A DNA stretch of 64,000 bases from Octopus sinensis. Its lineage: Eukaryota. The notes under the pieces were generated by a model, which was given only the letters and a program-made list of their open reading frames with translations, was not told the origin of the DNA and made no database searches. The stretch's first letter is position 1. The number at the start of each line of letters is the position of its first letter. The DNA lies in NCBI RefSeq assembly GCF_006345805.1, contig NC_043012.1, positions 10,478,001 to 10,542,000 of the forward strand, read 5' to 3'. Positions 25,331-39,866 of this stretch are shown piece after piece. Both the position numbers and the translations under genes were made by a program.

Positions 25331-26489
25331 TGAGAATGCGATCAATAAAGCCGGTTTTGTCCTGCTTTTCCTCCGTCAACCTGTACATAACTGCACCTTC
25401 CATTTTTTGTTGTTTTGTACTGCTTAAATGCATGTTTCTTTCTTGCCAAGCTTACTGTTTAAACCATGTTTGTGTTCTCCCAGTCAACAGCCTTATCATC
25501 ACTGGTATTTTAAACTCTTCGGTTGCTTATTTGTATGAATAAAATCGTTTTGCTTCGGAATATTTCTTCTTTTGCTGGTGTCTTAAATTTAGGTTAAATC
25601 AGTGTTTCTCAAAGGGGAGGCCTATGGGACGGTCGGACAAGTTGTTTCGAGAAAATTTGGTTTAAATGGCTGACAACTCAGCACTGTCCATTGGACGGGA
25701 GGCATTTTGCTCGTACTGAATAAACAGAGTTCCAATTCATATAATTTATATATTTTAAGTGCAGTTCACTTCCGAACAGTCCAAGATAATTTAGCAAACA
25801 CTTGAAAGAGACCTCCTCTTGTAGCACAACGCCAAGACGAGTTACGAAGTTGCGGTGTCTCAATATTCATGCATCCACATACACACAGACACACACAGAC
25901 ACACACACAGACACACACAGACACACGCACATACATACACACAAAAACAAACACACACATGCTGTCTAGCATCAACCTAATTAATACTTCGTTTATTCTC
26001 ACCATATAATTATTTCTAGGAAATGTTAATGCTTGGTAATATTCCTTGTATTATCGATGTAAATTCGAACGTAACGTTTTTTTTTATCTCTCTGTAAGAC
26101 AGTTCGTGTGAGATTCAGTTGGAGTTCCGGGTGTCTGGAGTGCATTAAATTGAACTCAAAATGCAAAAACTCATTACTAACAGTACGGCAGCTGACGATG
26201 ACACCTACAATAACCTCAGTGACTAACCCAACAGAAGTATTTCATATTTAATCAACTGCTTTAATTGTCTCTTATGTATTGAAAAGGCGTGTTTAGAGTT
26301 AATATGTGTGTGAGTGTGTGTATGTGCTTGTGTGCACGTATGGATGTGTGAGAGTATTTGTGAATATATACATATACTTATATACACCACACATCATACA
26401 CACATACATACATACATACAAACACATATGTATATATATATATATAGGCATGCACACATATTACAAACATACATATACGTGTGCGGAGA

Positions 26490-26556
26490 GAGGAAAAGAA
26501 TGAAGGCAAGAGAGTTAAAAGAAAGAAAGAAAGAAAGGCAGGATAGAAGGAAGGAA

Positions 26557-26601
<45 letters not shown>

Positions 26602-26942
26602 GAATGCAGGATAGAAGGAAGGAAAGAAGGAAGAAAGAAAGAAAGGAAGGAAGGAAGGAAGGAAGGAAGGAAGGAAGGAAGGCAGGCAGGATAGATAGAA
26701 GGAAGAAGGAGGAAGGAAGGAAGGAAGGAAGGAAGGAAGGAAGAAGGAAGAAAGAAAGAAAGAAAGAAAGAAAGGAAGGAAGGAAGGAAGGAAGAAGGAA
26801 GGAAGAAAGAAAGAAAGAAAGAAAGAAAGGAAGGAAGGATAGAAGGAAGGAAGAAAAAAGAAAGAAAGAAAGAAGGAAGGAAGGAAGGAAGGAAGGCAGG
26901 CAGGATAGAAGGAAGGCAGGAAGGAAAGAATGAAGGAAGGAA

Positions 26943-27015
<73 letters not shown>

Positions 27016-27125
27016 GAAGGAAGGAAGGAAGGAAAGAAGGAAGGAAGGAAGGAAGGAAGGAAGGAAGGAAGATCGAAGGAAGGAAGATCGAAGGAAGGAA
27101 GGAAGGAAGACCGAAGGAATGAAGG
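26490..27125. repeat. (GAAA)n/(GGAA)n polypurine array
   Basis: ~630 bp almost purely purine on +; source of the RKEG and LPSF ORFs. Confidence 0.95.
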
Positions 27126-27459
27126 AATAAGTTTCAATTTCAGCAATTTTAACAAAACGTTCAAATGCGTTTAATTCCTGGACTGCATATAATGTAGATA
27201 TTGAAACCACATTCTGGTAAATTCATGTCGGTGAAGAGACTTTCTCTCAGACAAACACTGCAGTATCATTCTTTTCAAATGTGTATATACATTAAGTAAA
27301 AGACGCGTGTGACTACTTTACTCTAGTTGATGTAGTATGCTGAAATATATTAATTAAATTTACGCAGAGACGAGAACAATAATTCGTAAGCTGAGGTCCA
27401 GAGTTTTTTTATAAGATTTTCTTCGTAATTGTTATAGTTACACATATATAGATATGTAG

Positions 27460-27692
27460 TGAGGCGTGGGGCTAGTGTTGGGGTGTCAGCATCATGATCG
27501 ATTCCTGGACCGGGCGACGCGTTGTGTTCTTGAGCAAAAACACTTTCATTTACGTTGCTCCAGTCGACTCAGCTGGCAAAGGAGTAACGCCGAGATGGAC
27601 TGGCGTCCCATCCAGCTGGAGAACATATCCCACCATTGAAACCGGGAAACTGGGCCCATGAGCCTGGCTAGGCTTTAAGGGCGCATTTATTT
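27460..27692 (+). mobile_element. SINE body H2 + tail C
   Basis: cttgagcaaaaacactttcatttacgttgctccag body; gatggactggcgtcccatccag..gggcccatgagcctggctaggc tail. Confidence 0.75.
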
Positions 27693-27721
27693 TTATCATT
27701 ATATATCATATAATCTGTATA

Positions 27722-27762
<41 letters not shown>

Positions 27763-27926
27763 CTACCTGACATGCCATCTAGATTTTTTTGCACTGCGTG
27801 GCATCTTGGGCAAGAGTCTTTTACTATAGCCTCGGGTTGAATAAAGCATTTTGAGTAGAATTGGTAGACGAGAGCTGAAGAAGGCCGTCGTATAGGTATG
27901 TATGTCATGTATGTAATATATATATA

Positions 27927-27964
<38 letters not shown>

Positions 27965-27976
27965 TATATATATATA

Positions 27977-28027
<51 letters not shown>

Positions 28028-28122
28028 TCATATAAATATCGTGTACATTAAAACACATCAAGACGCTTCCATCATAGGAAAACCTTGCGTTAGAAAGAAA
28101 AGTAAAATTCATACCACTAATT

Positions 28123-28222
28123 NNNNNNNNNNNNNNNNNNNNNNNNNNNNNNNNNNNNNNNNNNNNNNNNNNNNNNNNNNNNNNNNNNNNNNNNNNNNNN
28201 NNNNNNNNNNNNNNNNNNNNNN
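28123..28222. other. Assembly gap (100 N)
   Basis: Run of N. Confidence 1.
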
Positions 28223-28316
28223 AGCCAGGATCTGGTTCTAAGACCATATTAAGTGTTCATATAGCACAAAGAGAGAAGACAAAAATAAAATAAAACTAGT
28301 AAAAAATTACTGGATA

Positions 28317-28375
28317 ATTCCAGATTCCGGATTTCAGACTTTGCATTTAGAAATGCTTTGCCTCATCAGTGGAAT
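28317..28375 (-). ncRNA. Type I hammerhead ribozyme motif
   Basis: ATTCCA CTGATGA GGCAAAGCATTTCTAAATGCAAAGTCT GAA ATCCGGAAT C TGGAAT; 6-bp stem I, AUC cleavage triplet, palindromic TCCGGA in loop III. Confidence 0.75.
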
Positions 28376-28935
28376 ACATGCAGAGAGAAACATAAATACA
28401 TATATATACATATATATATATACATACAACATACGAATACTTACATATACGAACGTATACATACATATATATGCACCTATGCAACATGCGGTATTATATA
28501 CATACATACATAGATATATTATATATATATATATATATATAATTATATATATTATATAATATATATATATATAAAGGTGGTGCTCCAGCATGGCCACAGT
28601 TAAATGACTGAAACAAGTAAAAAAAATATATATATATATACATATGTATAGCAGAGGGGTAGATAGTAGATAGATAGAGATAGTAGTTAGATAGATAGAT
28701 AGATATATAGATAGAGAGAGAGAGAGAGAGAGAGCGAGAGGGGAGAGAGAGAAGAGAAAACAGATAGTGAGAGATTATCAATCTGGGCAAAATATTTCAT
28801 AAGCTCTCTTTTGGTACGATCCTAGTTTACGGTTCCTCATAGCCCATCCACGGATTTATATGTAATAATAATAATGATAATAATTTATGATTGATATAAT
28901 AATAATTAATAAAATATAATAATAATAATAATAAT

Positions 28936-29812
28936 GTACTATACAAGAAATTAAAAACGAATGAAACTGAAAAGAATGCATGGTCAATTTCATTGGGATG
29001 TTGAAAATAAGACAGACAGAGAAAAAGATAGCTGTGGATGACTAAAAGTGATTTAAAACCGGAAACGGAGGCTCTAATCTGTGCTGCCCAAGAGCAAGCA
29101 CTATGAACAAACTACATAAAATATAGAATAGACAGCACATCAGAAAGTGATAAGTGCAGAATCTGTGGACAAAACGGTGAAACCGTATGGCATATTACCG
29201 GCCAATGTACGCCACTAGCCCAGAAGGAATAGAAGAGACGTCACGACAACATAGCAAGGCTTGTCCATTGGATAATTTGCAACAAGTATGGACTTGACAG
29301 AGCAAATAATTGGTAGGACCACAAACCTGAAGACATCGTCGAAAATAGAAATGCAAAGATCCTATGGGATTTTATGATTCAGTGCGACCATGAGATAGAG
29401 AATAGGAAGCCAGATATAGTCTTAATTAAGAAAGAAAACAAACTATGCTGGATCATAGATATAGCATGCCCAGCTGATAACAAGGTATACGATAAGGAAG
29501 AAAGAAAAGTCGAGAGATATGACCGGATAGCTTGGGAAGTTAAGCAGTTGTGGTCGATGAAAAAAGTAGCAGTAGTACCAATAATTGTCGGAGCCCTGGG
29601 AACAGTGAGCAAAAATCTCGAGAAGTACGTGGAACAAATAGGGGCTGCAATAAAGGTGGAACACTTACAGAAAACAGCACTGCTTAGAACCGCTCGAATA
29701 CTTCGGAAGGCGCTCGAAAAATTAAGAGGTGTTACCTTAGTTCACTGGTAGTGAAGAGCTGACACTGTAGTACATCTCCAGCGTTAGAAGCGTTAGAAGC
29801 CGTGCAAAGGCA
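28936..29812 (+). mobile_element. 5'-truncated R4/Dong-clade non-LTR retrotransposon (CCHC + restriction-like endonuclease), pseudogenised
   Basis: KCRICGQNGETVWHITGQC, RHD, KPDIVL..IIDIACP, K..RY, PIIVGALG; several stops; (TAA)n on both sides. Confidence 0.88.
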
Positions 29813-30554
29813 ATGATAATAATAATAATAACAATAATACATATGTGTGTGTGTGTTGTTGTGTGTGTGTGTGTGTGTATGTGTGTGAGCATGTTGTGTG
29901 TTGTGTGTGTGTGTGTGTGTGTTAAATATAATGAGACCAACTAAGGCTGTGTGGTATATTTAGGACATTTGTAAAGAGAAAGTTAGTCTTACAGTTGTTG
30001 GGATATTCGGGATAACATTCCATCAGGGACTAACTGTAAACAACACCAAGGTAAAATAATAAATGGATGGCAAATCATGAAGGAATCATCGGCGTGGTCT
30101 CTAGAATTGCTCTAAATAGCAGCCAAATCTCCCTCAAATCACACGTTAGGGAACTAGTTACATTGGATAATGTTGTAGCAGATACACATAAAGCGATGAA
30201 TTGATCATAGCTGGAAAACCTTTAGTGATAGGCCTGGTAAGTAAAGGTTGACCTGAAGGGACAAACAATAATAGCGATAATGACAAAAGGAACATGATTT
30301 TCGATTCTTAATACAGTAGGATGTAATCTATGAGAAATTTGGTTACTCTTTCTACAAGGTCGGGTGATTTCATTACTGTATCACTTTGATTTGACCCGTT
30401 GTTGGTTCCCAGAAGAAAAGTCACCCATCTCAGTAAACTGTGTTCCCTTATTTCGGTAAGAGCTCCATCAGTTTCTGGCGTAACGATGTCCTATCCATTG
30501 ATCACATTAGAAAATTCTTGTTTGTTTGGCCCAGAGACAGTAGAGCTCTTGAAG

Positions 30555-30775
30555 ACGGCGAGCTGGTAGAATCGTTTGCACACCGAACAAAATGCTTACG
30601 GCATTTCGTCGTCCATCTTTACGTTCTGAGTTCAAATCCCGCCGAGGTCGAATTTAGCTTTTATCATTTTAGGGTCGATAAAATAAATACCAGTTGATCA
30701 CTGGGGTCGATGTAATCGACTTACCCACTCCCCCGATATTGCTGGCCTTGTGCCAAAACTTGAAATTGATATTGT
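30555..30775 (+). mobile_element. SINE group 2, diverged
   Basis: ggcgagctggtagaatcgtt..gttctgagttcaaatcccgccgaggtcga. Confidence 0.75.
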
Positions 30776-30827
30776 TGCTATTCATTATTCAAGCAATCAA
30801 ATGAATTTACTTTCTAATAATTAATCT

Positions 30828-31026
30828 TTTCTACCATAGGTACATGGCCTGAAATTTTGGAGGGGATTTAAATCGATTATATCGACCCCAGTACTTATTT
30901 TCTCGATTACGAAAGGATACAATATAAAGTCGACTACGGCGGAATTTGAGCTCAGAACATAAAGACGGACGAAATGCCACAAAGCATTTTAGCTGGTTTG
31001 CTAACGATTCTGCCAGCTCACCGCCT
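30828..31026 (-). mobile_element. SINE group 2, diverged (tail-to-tail with the previous copy)
   Basis: Reverse complement of ggcggtgagctggcagaatcgttagc.. Confidence 0.75.
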
Positions 31027-31084
31027 TAATAATTACGGGTGACGTCGCACAGTATCTAATATGGTAAAGTAGCTCCTTCAGTCT

Positions 31085-31872
31085 ACACCACCACCACCAC
31101 CACCTCCACCACCAAAACCACCACAACCACAACCGCCATGCCCACCACTACCACCACTACCACCACCACCACCACCACCATCAAAACCACCACAACCACA
31201 AAACCATCACCACCACCAAAACCACCACCTCCACCACAACCACCAACAAAACCACCACCACCTCCACCACCGCCACCACCACCACCACCACCAACAACAA
31301 CAAAACCACCACCACTACCACTGCCACCACCACAACCTCAACCACCACCAAAACCATCACCACCTCCACCACCGCTACCACCACCACCACCACCAACAAA
31401 ACCACCACCACTACCACCAAAACCACCACCACCACAACCAACACCAAAACCACCACCACTACCACTGCCACCACCACAACCTCAACCACCACCAAAACCA
31501 TCACCACCTCCACCACCGCCACCACCACCACCACACTACCACTGCCACCACCACCACCACAACCACCACCAAAACCACCACCACTACCACTGCCACCACC
31601 ACAACCTCAACCACCACCAAAACCATCACCACCTCCACCACCACCACCACCACCACCACACCACCACCGCCACCACCACCACTACCACTGCCACCACCAC
31701 CACCACAACCACCACCATCAAAACCACCATCTCCACCACAACCACCACCAAAACCACCACCACTACCACCGCCACCACCACCACCACAACCACCACCAAA
31801 ACCATCACCACCATCAAAACCACCACCTCCACCATCACCACCACCACCACCACCACCACCACCACCACCACC
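31085..31872. repeat. (CCA)n-derived array with higher-order repeats
   Basis: accaccaccactaccactgccaccaccacaacctcaaccacc recurs at ~31303, ~31450 and ~31575. Confidence 0.9.
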
Positions 31873-32457
31873 TTGTCTTAGTGACTTCATCCTTGTAAGT
31901 CATCCCGTCTTTAATAGTTGGGACACTAACTGCACCTTTCCGTTGTTTGGTGGAGCACCAAGCTGCGATGAAGGGACAAGACCCTTGCAGAGGAAGAGAA
32001 GCGGGTTAGGGAAGTAGAAGTAGGAGAAGAGACTTCGGTAAAAAGAGGGGTGAAATATAAGAGAGAGAGAGAGGGAAAGAGAGGTGATGGTGGCAGTAGA
32101 AAAGTGTCAGAAGGTGAGGGATAATAGAAGGGGCGGGGAGTAGGAGAAAGAAGAGAAGGATGTAAGGGAGCGGATGTGGGTAAAAGGTGAAGTTGTGGTG
32201 TTGGGGGGAGGAAAAGAAATAAAGACAAAAATGGAAGTAGTAGTTGATGATGGCGATGATGATTATGATGATCTCGATGGTGGGGGATTTGGTAATGACG
32301 TCAGCGAAGCCTCCGTCGACGTCGTCGACGACAACAACGATAATGATAATGACCATGATGATGTTGTTGTTGTTCTTGGTGATGATGATAATGATGATGA
32401 CGATGAGGACGAAGATAACGGCTGCAACAATAATGACTACGACGACGGGGATGAGAG

Positions 32458-32488
<31 letters not shown>

Positions 32489-34246
32489 AGTGGTGATGAT
32501 GATGATAATGATGGTGGTGATGATGATGATGACGGTGAATATTCTTAATAAAGGCGTGTGCCTGGTGGGTAGGATTAACTGGTGATGGCGGTGGTGGTGG
32601 TGGTGATAATGGTGTTGGTGGTGAATATTGTAGTTGTTGTTGTTGTTGTTGTTGTTGTTGTGGTGGTGGTGGTGGTGGAAGCGATGATGCTGAGTATTCC
32701 ATGAAAGATGATGATAAAAAGGAAGCAGAGAATAAACTAAAGGACACCTGTTATTTAGCCCAAGGGTTGTCCTGATTGAGCAGAAATAGAAGAATCAAAT
32801 GCATTTCGAAAATAACGATCACCGACTGCATTATCCAAAACGTTCGTCACATTTGAGACAGTTGAGTGTGATTTAAAGGAGATTTGCTAACTATTTCTAG
32901 GAAGGCAAGTTACACGTGAGATCTCTCATGCTGGTTGATAATATTAGTATTTCGTCTCACATGTATAACCACGTATCGAAAATAATATACAGTATTTAAC
33001 CTCATGTTTTCTCCTGGTGACGAGAGAAATCAAGAAAATCGATCCCGTTGTTTCGGTATTTTTCCTGCTTCATCAGGGATCGTTGCTCCTTTACCTATGT
33101 GCCTATACTACAACTTGTATTTTACCATATCACCAGCACCAAGAGCACCATGCCATCGAGATAATAAAGCTAACAACAGTATCCTTAAGTCAGGTTTGAC
33201 CGGCTTTAAATAGCAGTCCTATCACTCTCGAAATACTTCGTACCGTGTAAAGTAAAGGATGGAGGCATCCGGAAAGATGGTTCTGGGTAGACACTAGAAA
33301 AAGAAAATGGATGATCGTATTTGGAACTTGTTTCATCATAGGTCAGATTTATCAGTCTTCCCGAGGTTAAACAGCAACCAGAAACCTACATCATACATAC
33401 ACATACAACATAAAAACACGCACACATATACACATACACAGGCGTATGTACGTACCAAAGATCCAGCTCTGTCCTTATCATACACCACCTTCACCACACA
33501 CACACACACACACACACACACATGCACACACATATATACACATGCACACACATACATACACATCCCACGGGCATTACCTTACCTTCAACTACACACTCCT
33601 ATCATGAATACTACCCCTACAATGGAGCAACTAACACACAACCCATCCTACCCTACCTGCCCTAACATACCCTACTTCCCGCTTTCAGTGCGTCGCCGCC
33701 TCCCACCACCGATCAGCAGCAGCCCCTCCATCTGCAGTAGAATCAGTTAAATGATATCAATAGCAATTTTGAAGAGATTAAAAAATTGAAATTTTCTTCA
33801 ATTATAAATATTAAACGTTTGCGCGCGTGTGTGTATGTGTGTGTGTGTGTGAAAGAAATGTGTCAGTGTGCGTGTCAATGTGTGCGTAAGGGTTGTATGC
33901 GAACTTGATTCTGTGTTTTGATGTGTGTGTGTGTTTAGTGTGCAATGTAAATAAACATGCAATTTCTAAGATTGTATACAAACACACACACACACACGCG
34001 CGCACGAACTCTCTCTCTCACACCCACACATATATACAAACACATTCATGCAAATACACATATTTTAGGCACTAGAGTGGCTTTGAGGTAAGAAATTTTC
34101 TTTACAACCACATGGTTCTGGGTTCAGATCCACTACGTAAGCACCTTAATCAAGTGTCTTCTTCTGTAGATCTAGATTGACTAACGCCTTCTGAGTAGAT
34201 TTGCTAGACTGAAACTGAAAGAAGCGCGTCGTGTGTATATATATAT

Positions 34247-34318
<72 letters not shown>

Positions 34319-34761
34319 GCATGTGCGTATGTGCTTACTTTTGTGTTTGTGAGTCTTTCCCGCCTACGCTTGACAACCGGTGTTTGTTTCTTTATATCCT
34401 CCCCTCTAGCGGTTCGGCAAAAGGGACGATAACATGAGTACCAGGTTTAAAAACCATAAGTTCTGGGGTCGATTTTTGTTTTTTTGACCAAATCCTTCAA
34501 GATGGTACCCCAGCATTGACAGTCTAATGGCTGAAACAATTAAACGATGAAGATGGTGGACTAACAAAATTCTTTTAACAGATACAATGCGAAATCTTAA
34601 TCTGGATGCAGATTTTCATTCTATGACATACATTAAACAATGAATGATTTAGACATCAGACAGCATGCTATTCTAGTTCAAACAGACATATGGGGATTGA
34701 AAGATATTGTATTTTAGACGACAAAAAAGTGAAAGACCGTAGTGAATCAGGAATTAAAAAA

Positions 34762-35172
34762 GGCACAGGAGTGGCTGTGTGGTAAGTAGCTTGCTAACCA
34801 GCCACATGGTTCCGGGTTCAGTCCCACTGCGTGGCATCTTGGGCAAGTGTCTTCTGCTATAGCCTCGGGCCGACCAATACCTTGTGAGTGGATTTGGTAG
34901 ACGGAAACTGAAAGAAGACTGTCGTATATATGTATATATACATATGTATGTGTGTGTATATGTTTGTGTATCTGTGTTTGTCCCCCCTAGCATTGCTTGA
35001 CAACCGATGGTGTGTTTACGTTCCCGTTACTTAGCGGTTCGGCAAAATAGACCGATAGAATAAGTATTGGGCTTACAAAGAATAAGTCCCGGGGTCGATT
35101 TGCTCGACTAAAGGCGGTGCTCCAGCATGGCCGCAGTCAAATGACTGGAACAAGTAAACGAGTAAACGAGAG
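34762..35172 (+). mobile_element. SINE group 3, full length
   Basis: ggcacaggagtggctgtgtggtaag..(gtaaacga)n tail. Confidence 0.85.
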
Positions 35173-35731
35173 TCCCCATTTCTTGACTGTAAGCAACCAA
35201 TCTATATTGGTCATTAATGCATGTTCGTAGTCTTTATACTAACGACTTTTAATCCTACGCCCTTGTATCACCACTGAAGTGTGGAACAATTTATGCTAGT
35301 GTCATTTTGAACCAGAACGTTACCGGGTGAGGAGAAATATGCAGAATAAAATACTCCTACATTTTCGTAACATATATTCAAAATACCTGTTATACACGAA
35401 TAGACAAGTCCAGTTGCTAAACAGGATTTAAACTTGGTCACTCCTTCTAAAACGTGTCATCCAAAGAAAATCAAAATGCGCTGCTTACAGGTCTACAAAA
35501 GTTCTCCACCCTTTCTGGAGAATTCAAGTTTTATTACAGTAATTGTCTGCAGTGAATATAATTCTTCTTACGAAAATAATAAGTTCGAAACACCTGTGAC
35601 CCTGAGGTTCCTACGGAAGAATTTTCAGTATTGCAATACATTTAGAAGATCTTGCAAAACCTCTGAGTAACTCCTGTAGTTTCTGGTTGGGGCAAAGAAT
35701 ATCTGATGCTTATTTCAATTATCAATAATAT

Positions 35732-36330
<599 letters not shown>

Positions 36331-37574
36331 TATTAAGAAAAAGTTTAAAGTCACCAATGTTATTAGAGAACAATAGTAAGATGTTACTTACTAGTGAATG
36401 TGATCTGGTAGCTTGTGCCAAGGTTTGGTAATTCTTTTGGGTGCTTATGTAGTCGAAAGTACACACAAACACAATCTCGGCCTTTTCACTCTTCCCGCAA
36501 TGGTATATTCAGGAGAATACTACTAAAACAGAGCGAAGATTACTGGTGTTACGTGAAATAAAGAACCTTTCTCAAGAATGCAACACGCTGACCTGACCAG
36601 GTATTGAACAGACGATCTCATTATCCTGAGATGAGTACACCTTGCTTCTAGGCCACTTCCCTTTACAATGTTTTCATATTAGTATTTAATATTTAAGAGA
36701 CAAGTGATATTGACATAAACGAAGCTTCGCTTTAATTTAATTAAAGTGATTTTAAATTAGATCTTACACATTGTAACATTTTCCACGAAGTCTGCACTAT
36801 ATACTTATCGCATCGAATGAAATTCAATAATTAAACTCCCTGTGTATGACAAAGTAGCCACATACACGTTAGGCACATACAATACGTATATATTGAATTA
36901 CACCGTGTAATAGGATTTTTGTCCTTGAGTTGCAACTTTTATTCTTATTTGCTGATCCCTAACAAGTATGAAAAATGGCTAAAATTTCCTTCAAATATTG
37001 TTTTTGTTACATTTATTCAAATCTCCAAGAATCTCTCTCTCAGCCCATGGCTATGATGTTCCCCCACAAATGCTGCTCATGATCAGAAATGCACATATTG
37101 CCAGGGACACGCTCAAGAGGTTAAGATCAAACAATTGACAAACAAACCTGTGGAATTGAGTAGAATATTTGCTATAACGATATTTCCGCTTCAGCAACTC
37201 AGCGCTGAATTTGTCTGAAATGTAATGGAAAATAGGTCAGTTCACGACATTGATGTGCAGATCATAAAAGCAAAATTTGAAGGGAATAGTAGTCGTTTCC
37301 TTTGATTACTAGACAGAAGTAAATAGGAAACAACACTTACTGACCGAAGACAAGAAAAAGTAAAATTTGTGTTATTTATTTGTCATTATCTATCATGTTG
37401 CACCCAGGACTTGGCACAGGGAATCCAAGATCCAAGGAGAGAGAGAGGAAGGGAGAGAGAGAGATAGAGGAGGGGGACAGAAAGAGAGAGAGGGAGAGAG
37501 AGAGAGTGAAGTGGGTGGGATATCCTGAGACTGGAAGCCTGGCTCGAATGTTTGGCAACGGGGTGGGTTCCACG

Positions 37575-37614
<40 letters not shown>

Positions 37615-37615
37615 G

Positions 37616-37664
<49 letters not shown>

Positions 37665-37671
37665 GCTACTA

Positions 37672-37727
<56 letters not shown>

Positions 37728-38062
37728 TGGGTTTTTCTCCCTTTTCAACGTGCTACAATTAATTTCTAATTAATTTTAATGGTTCTGAGTAGCAATGGCA
37801 GGGAGGGGCAGGAAGTGTGGGAGCATGGGACGCGATGACGTTTTGTTGTCTCTTTTGTTACAGATGAAGGGATGGGGGTGGATTCGATTATGAAAGTAGG
37901 AAAAAGCAGAAAAAAATACATATATAAAAAAAAGAGAAAATTCTGAAATTATTTGCTGAAAATGAAAAACTACGAGGTATTTATTAAAAATATATTTTCT
38001 ACAATATTTTAGAACTATTTCATACATATGTGTGTGTATGCTTGCGTATACAATACATACGA

Positions 38063-38148
<86 letters not shown>

Positions 38149-38574
38149 ACACGCAGTGTTATACAGGAACATTTCTTAAAATGTAACCCCAATCATCAGT
38201 CCTCTAAATAACTTTATCATAGTTCGACACCAAATACTGTATTTTAATTTTAACAGATAAGTATACGTATGTACAAATAGAGTCGCCGAACCTTACTGTG
38301 CAAGCCATAATTTAATTCAAATAAGATTAATAAAAATAAAGAATTAAAATAAAATTTTACAAAAACTAAATTATCACGTAACTAATGACTATAAGAATTC
38401 ATATAAAATTAATAATATGTAGGGATAAAATTAAAATATATACTTGTAATGATATAATAATGAAAGCAATAACCAATAAATATATTCGAATAAAAACTAT
38501 AGTTAAAATTGAACATACATAAGCACCAATTTTTAATTTTTATCATTCTTACCATTTGTGAATTTTCTTTTTGC

Positions 38575-38880
38575 ATGTTGTCATTCATAGAGCGAAAACG
38601 CCTAAAGCTCTGCAAGGCTCCGGCAGGCGGTGGTGGCGAACCTTGCTGTACTCTATGACCACAAATTTCTCTCACACTTTCTTCCAAGTTTCTGTTGTAC
38701 CTGTGTTTCAAAGGGGCCAGCCTTGTCACATTCTGTGTCACTCTGAATCTCTCCGAGAACTACGTTAAGTGTACACGTGTCTGTGTTCAGCCTCTTGCAC
38801 GTTAATTTCACGAGCAGGATCAACTGGAATCAAGTATCGTATCAACTCGAACCTTCGTCATCGTAACCGACGGAGTGCCA
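38575..38880 (+). mobile_element. 5'-truncated SINE body H1 + tail B
   Basis: gagcgaaaacgcctaaagctc..cgtaaccgacggagtgcca. Confidence 0.8.
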
Positions 38881-38912
38881 CCACCATATATATATATATA
38901 TATATATTATAT

Positions 38913-38988
<76 letters not shown>

Positions 38989-39038
38989 TGTATGTATGTA
39001 TGTATTATATATATCTGTGTGTGTATATATATATATAT

Positions 39039-39111
<73 letters not shown>

Positions 39112-39348
39112 TATATACATCCGCGTATATATGTATACGTAAATATATGTATGTTATATATATATATATAATTATATATATATATGTTCAGAGAGAGTGA
39201 GAGAATTAGATAATCAGATACACACATATACACACACATGTATATATACACATGTATATGCATATATATGCATATCCATATATATATATATTTATGTATA
39301 TGCATATATATATATATATATATATATGTATATGCATATATATATATG

Positions 39349-39380
<32 letters not shown>

Positions 39381-39387
39381 GTATACG

Positions 39388-39457
<70 letters not shown>

Positions 39458-39829
39458 TATAATATATGTGTGTGAGTGGGAGGGGAAACGAAAGCGGTAA
39501 AGCAGAAAGTGATCAACCATCAGTTCTAAGAAGTCCCTGTCTCCTTCAATTCACACGGCACGTTTGTTTGCTGCCGACCGTTCATCTTCTCACCGAGGCC
39601 AATAATGCTGGTATGCTGGTATGCAGCGGGCAAAACCGAGAACAGAGAATATGAAAAAAAAAAAAAAATAACGCCAAGCAAAAAGATGCATTAAAAAAAA
39701 AAAAAGGAAATAAAAAATAACTATCAAGAATATTAAAAATGCGTAAAGTTTCCCAAAAAATACTATTGCATAAAAGATGCACGTTGTTTATGTACCTTGT
39801 TAAGCGGGCGATTCCATGCATATGTGCAA

Positions 39830-39866
<37 letters not shown>

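Noticed and set aside
25600-25613. cagtgtttctcaaa hAT/Charlie-like TIR start
   Set aside because: No matching opposite end or TSD found
26394-27210. 231-256 aa LPSF/RKEG ORFs
   Set aside because: Translations of the (GAAA)/(GGAA)n array
31890-31990. Short unique segment with a pyrimidine-rich acceptor on the minus strand
   Set aside because: No convincing donor/frame combination and no recognisable product
38160-38203. CTGATGA..GAAA on the minus strand
   Set aside because: Stems I and II do not pair; possible relic only
38769-39520. YI/HT/MYVC-rich ORFs here and throughout the window
   Set aside because: Products of (TA)n, (CA)n and (TACA)n microsatellites
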